Positions 35,373 to 43,801 of a stretch of DNA of 64,000 bases are shown here, in pieces. The stretch comes from Candidatus Bathyarchaeia archaeon (GTDB lineage Archaea; Thermoproteota; Bathyarchaeia; Bathyarchaeales; Bathycorpusculaceae), in assembly GCA_038826715.1 (NCBI GenBank), contig JAWBOH010000001.1, positions 2,524 to 66,523 of the forward strand, given 5' to 3'. Numbering within the stretch: the first letter of the stretch is position 1; each line of letters starts with the position of its first letter. A program made the translations under genes and the position numbers. Below the pieces are notes generated by a model, which saw only the letters and a program-made list of their open reading frames with translations, ran no database searches and was not told where the DNA came from.

Positions 35373-35405
35373 GAATATTCCTGAAAATGACATAAGTGGC
35401 CAGAA

Positions 35406-36140
35406 ATGATCAGAAGCAGCATATCAAGCATCGTCCAAGAGTTAATAGACAAAGATGTTTCATTACAATGTGCACTTGAGCAAGGTTACGCAAACTACAG
35501 CGCCATAGCAAGAATGTTGAAACCGATTGTGGAAGAACTTCTAAGTCGCAAAGTTAAACTCGAAAGCGTAATCACTGCCGTGAAAAGGGTTGCAGTAACT
35601 TACAAACCTGCCAATAACTTAAACTCAGCTGAAGTTATTTCTGAAAGTATTGTGCATTTAAGGACTGATATAGCCAAAATTTCTGCTGAAAAAACAAAAA
35701 GAAATCTTGAAATCTTGAAAAAAATTCTGTCAGATTTCGCAAGTGAAGAATACATCCAAATTATAGAAGGAATAAAAAACATTACGTTAATTGTCGATCA
35801 AAACTTATTTGATAAGATAAAATCTGAATTTCAATTAGAAAACGTTCTTGAAGAAAAAAGTAATCTTGTGGCAATAACCATAACAAGTCCCAAGAAAATA
35901 GTGGAAACACCTGGATGCATAGCATCTTTCTATAATGCGATTTCGCGAAGACATATAAATATTGAAGAAACTTTAAGCTGCTCAACTGAAACCATTTTGA
36001 TCATGCAGTTAGACGACGTAGGCAAAGCATTGAACATACTTACCAATTTAATTTCAGAATCGAGAAAAATATGCAGGAAAACACCAAATAAACCGTTTCA
36101 TCATTCTCTAATGAAAACTCAAAGCATTTATACAAGTTAG
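35406..36140 (+). CDS. Hypothetical protein with C-terminal ACT-like domain (candidate amino-acid-sensing regulator)
   Basis: 244 aa. The C-terminal LVAITITSPKKIVETPGCIASFYNAISRRHINIEETLSCSTETILIMQLDDVGKALNIL looks like an ACT beta-alpha-beta-beta-alpha-beta unit. Divergent from argG. Confidence 0.5.
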   Translation: MIRSSISSIVQELIDKDVSLQCALEQGYANYSAIARMLKPIVEELLSRKVKLESVITAVKRVAVTYKPANNLNSAEVISESIVHLRTDIAKISAEKTKRNLEILKKILSDFASEEYIQIIEGIKNITLIVDQNLFDKIKSEFQLENVLEEKSNLVAITITSPKKIVETPGCIASFYNAISRRHINIEETLSCSTETILIMQLDDVGKALNILTNLISESRKICRKTPNKPFHHSLMKTQSIYTS

Positions 36141-36167
36141 CATATGCTTCTTTGACCTGAAAAGTTT

Positions 36168-37181
36168 TCATTCCGAATTGGAATTATAGCTAAACATTTT
36201 TGCCAAAAACTTTTGAAATATTTTTATGCAATCCATATAATCTTTAATTTCAATATGCTCATTTGGTGTGTGGTCGAGGCTTGAGTTGCCCGGCCCGTAT
36301 GCAACTATGGGAATTTTCAGGATTCTGCCAAGTATGTTCATATCGCTTGTTCCAGTTTTACGCACTAACACCGGAATTTTGCCTCTTATTTCTCTAATCG
36401 TTGATGAAAGAACATGGACTAACCTGTTGTTTTTGCTTAGTTCGAAAGCCTCAGTTGAATCAATCACCTGAATTTTTACCGTAACCTTTTGGTTTGCATT
36501 TTTGTATTGCGTCAATCTATCATTAATTTCTTCAAGCACCTCCAAACACGTTAACTGTGGGGGAACCCTTATGTCAACTATGGCTTCGCATCTCCATGGA
36601 ACATTGTTTGCAGCTGATTCTCCTCCCTTCAATCTGAGTATGCATGAGGTAAGAGAGTAGAAACGACTGTTTAGATCTTCATTTGGAAAATGAATTCCTT
36701 TTATCATATTACAAATTTCAAAAGCTTTTTCAATCGAGTTTTCAAACAGCCATGGAGATGCAGAGTGTCCTGTTTGTGTTTTACAAGTTATTTTAAGTTT
36801 CAGATTCCCTTTATATCCGATAACTATGTTTTCTATTCCACTGGGTTCTCCAAAAACTGCATAGTCCGCGGATAATCCTTTCTCTATTAAATGTTTGACT
36901 CCCCTGCCGGACTTTTCCTCTTCAATAGTGCCTACAACCACAATCTTTCCTGAGGAAACTTTTTCCGTAACAGATGACGCAGCCAATATCATTGAAGCCA
37001 ATGGAGATTTTGCATCGACAGCTCCCCTGCCGTACAATTTGCCGTCGATAATTCTTACTGGAATATAGCCTGGAACGGTGTCCATATGTCCGCATAGCAA
37101 AATCTTCGGCGTCCCCTCCCCCACTTCACCTATCAAGTTGCCAATTTCATCTACCCTAACTTTGAAACCTAACTTTTTCAT
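36168..37181 (-). CDS. lysK: [LysW]-lysine/[LysW]-ornithine hydrolase (M20 peptidase, LysK/ArgE type)
   Basis: 337 aa. M20 motifs LCGHMDTV, GRGAVDAKS, EEE..GRG. Confidence 0.8.
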   Translation of the reverse strand: MKKLGFKVRVDEIGNLIGEVGEGTPKILLCGHMDTVPGYIPVRIIDGKLYGRGAVDAKSPLASMILAASSVTEKVSSGKIVVVGTIEEEKSGRGVKHLIEKGLSADYAVFGEPSGIENIVIGYKGNLKLKITCKTQTGHSASPWLFENSIEKAFEICNMIKGIHFPNEDLNSRFYSLTSCILRLKGGESAANNVPWRCEAIVDIRVPPQLTCLEVLEEINDRLTQYKNANQKVTVKIQVIDSTEAFELSKNNRLVHVLSSTIREIRGKIPVLVRKTGTSDMNILGRILKIPIVAYGPGNSSLDHTPNEHIEIKDYMDCIKIFQKFLAKMFSYNSNSE

Positions 37182-37257
37182 TTCATCTGCGAGAAAGGAA
37201 CGTATTTCTCCTTCCTTTCCTGAAGGACTGTAAATTTTAAGAAGATTTGCCAGAAAA

Positions 37258-38457
37258 CTAACTGCATAGTCTTCTATTCTCTTCGACCTCCAATAGTTCG
37301 TCCATAATTGTTAGAAGGGTGTTTACATGCTTCTCTGTTATGATTAAAGGCGGCAGGAAACGCATCACGTTTTTGCCAGCGTCAAGTATTAAAACTCCCC
37401 TTCGCGCCGCCTGGGATATTATGTTTAAAACGTCGACCCGTAACTCCACACCAATCATTAAACCTAAACCACGTACTTCTCTGATAATTTTGTATTTAGA
37501 CCCTAATTCTCTTAGTCTGCTTAAAAAGTAGCTTCCTATTTTTTCAGCTCTTTCCCAGAGCTTCTCCTGCAAGATTATATTAATCGTTGCGGATGCTGCG
37601 GCAGATACAACAGGATTTCCGCCGAAGGTGCTTGTATGCTCTCCAACTTGTAGGGAGGAAGCTATCTCCTCTTTAGCAATAGTTACTCCGAGGGGAAGAC
37701 CGCCGGCAATGGATTTTGCTATGCACATGATGTCAGGAATTATTTTCCAGTGTTCGCAAGCAAACATTTTTCCTGTTCTTCCCATCCCTGTCTGGACTTC
37801 ATCCATTATCAAGAGGATGCCGGTTTCGTCACATAATTCCCTCAAAGATTGAAAGAAGTCTTTCGGAGGAACTATAACGCCGCTTTCCCCCTGTATTGGT
37901 TCAGCTATGATTGCAGCTGTCTGATCTGTTATAGCCTCCTTAATCTTTTGAATATTATATCGTGGCACATGCTTAAAACTTGGAACCAAAGGCTGAAAGG
38001 GCTCCCTATACTTATCTTTCCATGTCGCGGAAAGGGCTCCCATGGTCTTCCCATGGAAACCCCCCATCATTGAAATAATTTCAGGTTTTCCGGTTGATTT
38101 GCGCGCCATTTTGATAGCGCATTCAACTGCTTCAGCTCCGCTGTTTCCTAAAAAAGCTTTTGTTAAACCTTTAGGAATTATTTGCATAAGTTTTTCAAGA
38201 AACTGTGCCCTTGCATCGTTGTAAAAGGATCCGTGACATGAGTTTAGCCTTTTCATCTGCTCTTTCACCGCGTTGATTATTTCTGGACGGGAATAGCCGG
38301 TTATGCATACGCCGTAGTTTCCGGTAAAGTCCAAATATTTTTTGCCGTTTAAATCCCATAGAAAGACTCCTTTTCCCTTCGTAAGCGCCACAGGTTTTTT
38401 CGCGTAAACACCAACCATATACCTATCTTCGATATCCATTACTTGTTTTTCATCCAC
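37258..38457 (-). CDS. lysJ: [LysW]-aminoadipate semialdehyde / acetylornithine-type aminotransferase (class III PLP)
   Basis: 399 aa. Motifs GNSGAEAVE, DEVQTGMGRTGK, and the PLP-Lys region CIAKSIAGG. Confidence 0.85.
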   Translation of the reverse strand: MDEKQVMDIEDRYMVGVYAKKPVALTKGKGVFLWDLNGKKYLDFTGNYGVCITGYSRPEIINAVKEQMKRLNSCHGSFYNDARAQFLEKLMQIIPKGLTKAFLGNSGAEAVECAIKMARKSTGKPEIISMMGGFHGKTMGALSATWKDKYREPFQPLVPSFKHVPRYNIQKIKEAITDQTAAIIAEPIQGESGVIVPPKDFFQSLRELCDETGILLIMDEVQTGMGRTGKMFACEHWKIIPDIMCIAKSIAGGLPLGVTIAKEEIASSLQVGEHTSTFGGNPVVSAAASATINIILQEKLWERAEKIGSYFLSRLRELGSKYKIIREVRGLGLMIGVELRVDVLNIISQAARRGVLILDAGKNVMRFLPPLIITEKHVNTLLTIMDELLEVEENRRLCS

Positions 38458-39262
38458 GGGTTATCACTGTTCCACCTATATGCCTAATAGATAACGAAAC
38501 AGGTGATTTTCTAACGCCGGATGCGATTATAGCTTCTTCGACGCCGAGGTTTAGAGCTTCTGCCGCGGCGTGAACTTTTGTACTCATGCCGGCTCCCATT
38601 TTCGGAATCACTTCTTCAATTTCTGAAAGCTTCAGCTTCTCTACGAGTTTTCCGTTTAGGATGACTCCGTCAACATCAGTTAAAAGAACTAGGCGATCTG
38701 CTTTCAGGTCACCTGCAATTTTCGCTGCAGTCCGGTCTCCGTCTACATTTAAGAACTCAAATTTTTCGCTTATAGCCACGGGTGAAACTACTGGAACGAA
38801 GCCGTTTTCCATGAGTAGTTTGAGCAGTTTAATGTTTACCGTGCAGATTTTCCCGCTGTACCCAGCATCTACAACTCTTTTCCGTCCTTTTTCATCTACT
38901 GTAATAATTTTCTCCTTTTTTTTGGCTTTAAGGAGAGCTCCGTCTACCCCAGACAATCCAACGCTTTGCACTCCACGACTTTGGAGTGTTAAAACAATTT
39001 TTTTGTTGATTTCTCCGGACATCACCATATTGTATATTCTTATAGTCTCCTCGTCCGTGTACCTGCTTCTGAAACCTTCCGGAGAAGTGACAAACGTCTG
39101 TTCCTTTCCCAGCTTTCGGGCAATATTTGTAACCTCTACTCCGCCTCCGTGAACAAAAACTACTTTATGTCCATCCTTAAGAACTAGGTTTTCTACGTCG
39201 TCAGCGATTTCTGAAATGTTGTCTTCAAGAATTTTTCCGCCAACTTTTACAACAATTAACAT
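38450..39262 (-). CDS. lysZ: [LysW]-aminoadipate / [LysW]-glutamate kinase (amino-acid kinase family)
   Basis: 270 aa. Motifs VVKVGGK, VHGGG, LNVDGD, LLTDVDGV. Overlaps the lysJ start by 8 nt. Confidence 0.85.
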   Translation of the reverse strand: MLIVVKVGGKILEDNISEIADDVENLVLKDGHKVVFVHGGGVEVTNIARKLGKEQTFVTSPEGFRSRYTDEETIRIYNMVMSGEINKKIVLTLQSRGVQSVGLSGVDGALLKAKKKEKIITVDEKGRKRVVDAGYSGKICTVNIKLLKLLMENGFVPVVSPVAISEKFEFLNVDGDRTAAKIAGDLKADRLVLLTDVDGVILNGKLVEKLKLSEIEEVIPKMGAGMSTKVHAAAEALNLGVEEAIIASGVRKSPVSLSIRHIGGTVITRG

Positions 39263-39265
39263 TTT

Positions 39266-40318
39266 TCACACCGGATGAAAACCTGAATGTTCTAAACCTG
39301 TCTTTTCGTTGACGCCGAGCATTATGTTCAAGCATTGAATCGCTTGGCCTGCTGCGCCCTTAACCAGATTGTCTATTGCTGAAAAAACAACAAGCCTATC
39401 GACACGTGTATCTAACTCGAAACCTATATCGCAGAAGTTTGAGCCGACCACGATTTTCGGGTCTGGAAACTGGTAAAGCCCTTTCTTATATCGGAGAAAA
39501 CGAATGAAAGGTTCATTTTCGTATATTGAACGGAAAGCCATCCAAACTTCCTTATCAGTGGCGCTTCTAGTTAGAAACGTGTGGACAGTGCATAATATGC
39601 CCCGCACAATGTTTACAGCATGGGGAGTGAAGGAAACTTTCACTTGCTTTTTCGCAACCAAGCTCAGTTCCTGCTCTATTTCAGCGATATGTCTATGGTT
39701 AACAGGTTTGTACGGCCTTGTCCCCCCAGACCTTTCCGGATGATGCGACGCCATTGACGGTGTGACGCCGGCACCTGACGAGCCTATTTTTGCGTCAATA
39801 ATTATTTTCTCACAATCTATTAGGCCGTTCTTAACCAGCGGGGCAAGAGCTAGAATTGCTGCTGTTGCCATGCATCCAGGTACAGCAACCAAACTAGCCT
39901 TTTTAATTTCCTCTCTATGAAGTTCTGGAAGGCCGTAAACTGCCTCTCTTAGCATTTCTGGGAAAGCGTGACTCCAACCATACCATTTGCTGTAATCCTC
40001 AGGATTTTTCAGTCTAAAGTCCGCGCTCATGTCAATAAGCTTTAAACCAGCATTAAGCACGTCTGGAACTAGCTTAACTGAAGCCCCATGAGGCAAAGCA
40101 GTTAACACTAAATCACATTTTTTCCGAATTTCAGAAAGGTTATATGGAGTGAACATGAGTCGAGTGATCCCTCTAAGGTTCGGATGCACCATAAACACAT
40201 ATTCGCCAGCGTGCTTTTGTGAAGTAACAATGGTTATTTCCACATTCGGATGTGGAAGCAGTAATCTTAAGAGTTCTCCTCCCACATATCCTGAACCCCC
40301 GATTATGCCGACTTTCAC
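39266..40318 (-). CDS. lysY: [LysW]-aminoadipyl/glutamyl-phosphate reductase (ArgC/LysY)
   Basis: 350 aa. GGSGYVGGEL Rossmann and active-site VAVPGCMATA. Confidence 0.9.
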   Translation of the reverse strand: MKVGIIGGSGYVGGELLRLLLPHPNVEITIVTSQKHAGEYVFMVHPNLRGITRLMFTPYNLSEIRKKCDLVLTALPHGASVKLVPDVLNAGLKLIDMSADFRLKNPEDYSKWYGWSHAFPEMLREAVYGLPELHREEIKKASLVAVPGCMATAAILALAPLVKNGLIDCEKIIIDAKIGSSGAGVTPSMASHHPERSGGTRPYKPVNHRHIAEIEQELSLVAKKQVKVSFTPHAVNIVRGILCTVHTFLTRSATDKEVWMAFRSIYENEPFIRFLRYKKGLYQFPDPKIVVGSNFCDIGFELDTRVDRLVVFSAIDNLVKGAAGQAIQCLNIMLGVNEKTGLEHSGFHPV

Positions 40319-40332
40319 TTCAAAACCACCTC

Positions 40333-41508
40333 CTATCTTAGAAGACTTTCAGCACAGGTCAAAAGCTGCTGTGCCAAGTCAATTCCAGCAGCTAGTCTTG
40401 TCTGTTCCCAAAAGTCAGGGCAAGAGTTTGCCTCGTGGAAGACGATTTGATTTTCCATGTTTTTGATGGTTTTTTCTATTTCTCCTCTGATAATGCGGTA
40501 TGCTTCTGAGTTTTCATAATTATTAAAAGCCTTCTCTAATCGTCCATTCCAATAAGCGAAGTTTTCTTTACTGACCTGTAATTTTTTGATCTTTTGTATT
40601 TCATTGAATAAAGGTGTCAATTTTTCAAACTGTGAAATCAAATGTTGATTCATGGTTATTTCTCTCCCGAAGTTTATCATTGCATCAAGCGCTAAGACCC
40701 ATGCCTCGCAGCCTTTTCCAATAGATTCAGCACATTTTATTGAGGATTCTATTATTTTCTGGGTTAGATTTACTCCGAAAACCATGTTGCCTAAGTAAGC
40801 ATTTGTTCTAAAATCTTTTAGCCCTGTTCTAGCCATAGCTCGCGGATGGCAATAGGGGTTTTTCCCCTTCTCTTTTAAAACAATAATTCTAAGGTCAAAA
40901 AACCATTTTTGAACGAATTCTTGCGCAAGAACCCCTATGGGGTTTATCACTGATGGCTGAGTTTCGCTTAAAAATTCTAAAAGTTCCTGCTTTTTTCTTG
41001 CCAATCTTATGTTTTTTCCATGGGATCCTGCATCGGGCTTAAGCACCACAGGCTTATCATCGAATCCTTGCTGGATGAGCTCAGCAATTTCATTTTCGTT
41101 GGAAATTTCTCGGCCATCAACCGTTCTCTCTTTAGGATTGCATGGGATATAGATAGTTGTAGGTATCTTAACTTTTTCTTTCCAAAAGCGTAAAAGCGTT
41201 CTAAGCTTGCTGAAGCAAATATACTCTATTTGTGAAGGGTTGATAACGTTTTTCCCCAGTGCTTCAAAAATCGCTCCTATGTATAACCTGCGGTTCTTGC
41301 TCTGAGCTCTGTTCAACACTACAGAAACATTTTTGGTTTTTTCAAAATAGTCTTTTCCCTTGCTTTTGATTTGCCAGCCATCATTTTCCAATAGGAAGTA
41401 AATTTTGCTTGACGGTATGAAAGTTAAATTTATTCCAGCTTTCTGGGCTGCAAATTGTATGCCCATTTCGTCTGTTCCGGCACGTTCATAAACAATTGCG
41501 ATGCTCAT
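40333..41508 (-). CDS. lysX: RimK/LysX/ArgX-family ATP-grasp ligase, divergent, with an insertion of about 75 aa
   Basis: 391 aa, versus about 280 aa for the LysX I recall. ATP-grasp landmarks VVLKPDAGSHGKNI, AQEFV, DLRIIV, ...ALDAM... and IVFHEANSCPDF. Residues ~281-354 have no counterpart. Confidence 0.7.
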   Translation of the reverse strand: MSIAIVYERAGTDEMGIQFAAQKAGINLTFIPSSKIYFLLENDGWQIKSKGKDYFEKTKNVSVVLNRAQSKNRRLYIGAIFEALGKNVINPSQIEYICFSKLRTLLRFWKEKVKIPTTIYIPCNPKERTVDGREISNENEIAELIQQGFDDKPVVLKPDAGSHGKNIRLARKKQELLEFLSETQPSVINPIGVLAQEFVQKWFFDLRIIVLKEKGKNPYCHPRAMARTGLKDFRTNAYLGNMVFGVNLTQKIIESSIKCAESIGKGCEAWVLALDAMINFGREITMNQHLISQFEKLTPLFNEIQKIKKLQVSKENFAYWNGRLEKAFNNYENSEAYRIIRGEIEKTIKNMENQIVFHEANSCPDFWEQTRLAAGIDLAQQLLTCAESLLR

Positions 41509-41561
41509 TTTTGTTTATTTCACCGACAAAATAGAAAGCAGAGAGTCTTTAGCAAAAGCGC

Positions 41562-41747
41562 CTATTCTCCCCAATCTTCGCCTTCGATTTGAAGTTCTTC
41601 CACTTCTACAAAGTCGCCGTTAACATTTTTCACTTCTAATTCAAGTCCGCAGTCAGGGCAGGTTATTATATCTCCCTTGATCACGTCTCCTGGAACATCG
41701 ATTTTTGCACCGCATTCTGGGCAGGCAACTGATTCCATATACATCAC
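41562..41747 (-). CDS. lysW: Amino-group carrier protein LysW
   Basis: About 60 aa. Zinc ribbon CPECG...CPDCG and the diagnostic acidic C-terminus EGEDWGE. Start is GTG 41747 or ATG 41744/41738. Confidence 0.9.
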   Translation of the reverse strand: MMYMESVACPECGAKIDVPGDVIKGDIITCPDCGLELEVKNVNGDFVEVEELQIEGEDWGE

Positions 41748-41772
41748 GTGGCCGTCTTGTTATCTTTCACGC

Positions 41773-41790
41773 TTAAATATTTTTTGGTCA
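41773..41790 (-). promoter_or_regulatory. lysW core promoter: TGACC-AAAAAA-TATTTAA
   Basis: Minus strand reads ATGACCAAAAAATATTTAA. TATA centre is ~29-32 nt from the GTG/ATG start, so the transcript is probably leaderless. Confidence 0.45.
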
Positions 41791-41831
41791 TACTCGTACT
41801 TTTTTTTAAGTATAATGACCAAAAAAGGTCA
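41780..41831. repeat. Inverted-repeat set TTTTTTGGTCAT (N23) ATGACCAAAAAA-GGTCAT
   Basis: 12-nt perfect inverted repeat (41780-41791 and 41815-41826), plus a third half-site GGTCA at 41827-41831. T8 run at 41800-41807. Confidence 0.8.
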
Positions 41832-42013
41832 TCTTCATGTGCCGATGCCTATTTTGACCTTGAAAATTATTGTGGTAATTTGCTTTCCCCTTAATTAAGT
41901 TATTTCCTGCTTTATCGCACACATATACGTGCCTATTTGCTGAAAGAGAAATCTATATAAGGTCAAGCCGTAACCTTGTGCTATAAAGCTGAAAATGGCT
42001 TGGTTTGTAACGT

Positions 42014-42823
42014 ATGAACAAGGTAGCTGTAATCGGCTCGGGTGTAATTGGCGGAGCCATCGTTAAAAGCTTGCTAAAAAAGGGATATAGCGGAAGCGTT
42101 ATTGCCACAAGACGTGATATTCAAAAGCTTAGGGAACTTGAAAGTTTAGGCGCAATAACAACTGCAAACAATAAAGAGGCAGCGGAGAATGCTGATATTA
42201 TATTTTTATGTGTAAAACCTAATGATATAAGGAAAGTTCTTGGAGAAATAGGTGAACAGGTCGAAGGAAAGCTTGTAATATCCACTGCAGCGACAATCCC
42301 GTTAAAATTTTATAAGAGCATTGTGCCTAAAGCTAAATTTGTCAGGACTATGCCGAATATCGCCGTTCTCGTTCAAGAATCTTTTACAGCATACTGTTGT
42401 GATGAGGACGTAACTCCTGACGATAAAAAAAGGGTTGAGGAAATATTGAATATTATGGGAAGCTCTCAGGAAGTTGAAGAAAAACATATGGATGCGATTA
42501 CAGCTTTAAGTGGAAGTGGACCGGGCTACATATCAATTATTATAGAGGCTTTGATGTATGCAGGCTTAAGGGTTGGGCTGCCGAGGAATCTAGCTTTGCA
42601 TAGTTCAGCGCAAACAGTTCTTGGAACAGGAAAACTCATTTTAGAAACACAAGAACACCCAGCTAAAATAAAGGACATGGTTACAACTCCTGGAGGAACC
42701 ACAATCGAGGCAATTTATGAATTGGAAGGAAGCCAAATCAGACAAGCATTGATGAAAGCTGTAAAAGAGGCATCTGAGAAATGCCAAAAAATTAGAAAAG
42801 ACATAATGCAAGATGTAAGCTAA
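42014..42823 (+). CDS. proC: Pyrroline-5-carboxylate reductase
   Basis: 269 aa. N-terminal VIGSGVIGGA Rossmann and C-terminal TTPGGTTIEA signature. Confidence 0.9.
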   Translation: MNKVAVIGSGVIGGAIVKSLLKKGYSGSVIATRRDIQKLRELESLGAITTANNKEAAENADIIFLCVKPNDIRKVLGEIGEQVEGKLVISTAATIPLKFYKSIVPKAKFVRTMPNIAVLVQESFTAYCCDEDVTPDDKKRVEEILNIMGSSQEVEEKHMDAITALSGSGPGYISIIIEALMYAGLRVGLPRNLALHSSAQTVLGTGKLILETQEHPAKIKDMVTTPGGTTIEAIYELEGSQIRQALMKAVKEASEKCQKIRKDIMQDVS

Positions 42824-42844
42824 TCTAATATGCGGTAAGACAAC

Positions 42845-43798
42845 ATGTCGTTTCCTCGTACAATCGTGGTGGAAGCACCTGCCACAACTGCAAATTTAGG
42901 TCCAGGCTTTGATGTTTTCGGTATGGCGCTTGACAGCCCACGCGAAAAGGTGGCCCTAACTGCGGTTCCTGGAAAGGAAGGTGTGCGGATTAAAATATAC
43001 GGTTCTTCCAGAAACTTAATTCCAACAGACCCTGAGAAGAATACGGCCGGAGTTGTTGCCCAATCTATGATGCGGGAATTCTCTATTAGATCTGGACTAA
43101 CGATTAAAATCAAAAAGGAAATACCTATGGGTGTAGGTTTAGGTAGCAGTGCAGCTTCAGCAGTTGCAGTTGCGTACGGGTTAAACCATCTGTTTAACCT
43201 TCAATTAAGTCATAAAGAGTTAGTCAACTTCTCAGCTAAGGGGGAAATGGCTTCCGCAGGGTTTGAACATGCAGATAACGTTTCCGCCGCTATTTATGGA
43301 GGTTTTGTAATCATAAAATGTTACAAGCCCCTTGACATAATTCATTTAGAAGCCCCGCCAAATTTGGGGGTTTGCGTAGTCATTCCAAAACTGCAGACTC
43401 AACCTAAAAAAACTCAAAAAGCAAGAGCAATTTTACCTAAGGCCGTTCCTATGGAAAAATTTACACATAACATAGGACATGCAGCTGCTTTAGCTGTAGG
43501 ATTTGCCAGAGGAGACGTAAAGCTTATAGGAAGCTCCATGTCAGACGCCGTTATTGAACCTGCTAGAGCTTGTATGATTCCTGGATATCAAACAGTTAAA
43601 AATGCAGCCCTCAAGGCAGGGGCCTTGGGAGTTGCAATAAGCGGGGCTGGGCCATCCATGATAGCTATCGTCAACACGCATAATAACGTGGCTTACCCTG
43701 TAATGAAAGCGATGAAAAACGGGTTTAAATCGGTAGGTGTAGCTGCAAAGGCTTTTTATACCCAGCCTGGAAAGGGTGCTGCTTTAGCGGAGGCTTAA
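42845..43798 (+). CDS. thrB: Homoserine kinase (GHMP family)
   Basis: 317 aa. Motifs PATTANLGPGFD and GVGLGSSAASAVA. Confidence 0.9.
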   Translation: MSFPRTIVVEAPATTANLGPGFDVFGMALDSPREKVALTAVPGKEGVRIKIYGSSRNLIPTDPEKNTAGVVAQSMMREFSIRSGLTIKIKKEIPMGVGLGSSAASAVAVAYGLNHLFNLQLSHKELVNFSAKGEMASAGFEHADNVSAAIYGGFVIIKCYKPLDIIHLEAPPNLGVCVVIPKLQTQPKKTQKARAILPKAVPMEKFTHNIGHAAALAVGFARGDVKLIGSSMSDAVIEPARACMIPGYQTVKNAALKAGALGVAISGAGPSMIAIVNTHNNVAYPVMKAMKNGFKSVGVAAKAFYTQPGKGAALAEA

Positions 43799-43801
43799 CG
43801 A

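Noticed and set aside
38586-39152. Long antisense ORFs inside well-conserved genes. Examples are 38586-39152 (188 aa, opposite lysZ), 56347-56934 (195 aa, opposite hisG), 61044-61604 (186 aa, opposite ilvD), 22301-22855 (184 aa), 46851-47360 (169 aa), 7942-8391 (149 aa) and 62105-62500 (131 aa).
   Set aside because: Each lies wholly opposite a gene with strong family motifs. Their translations are Ser/Pro/Leu/Phe-rich and low in complexity, with no recognisable motifs. This is the typical shadow-frame pattern, and I see no evidence for overlapping coding.
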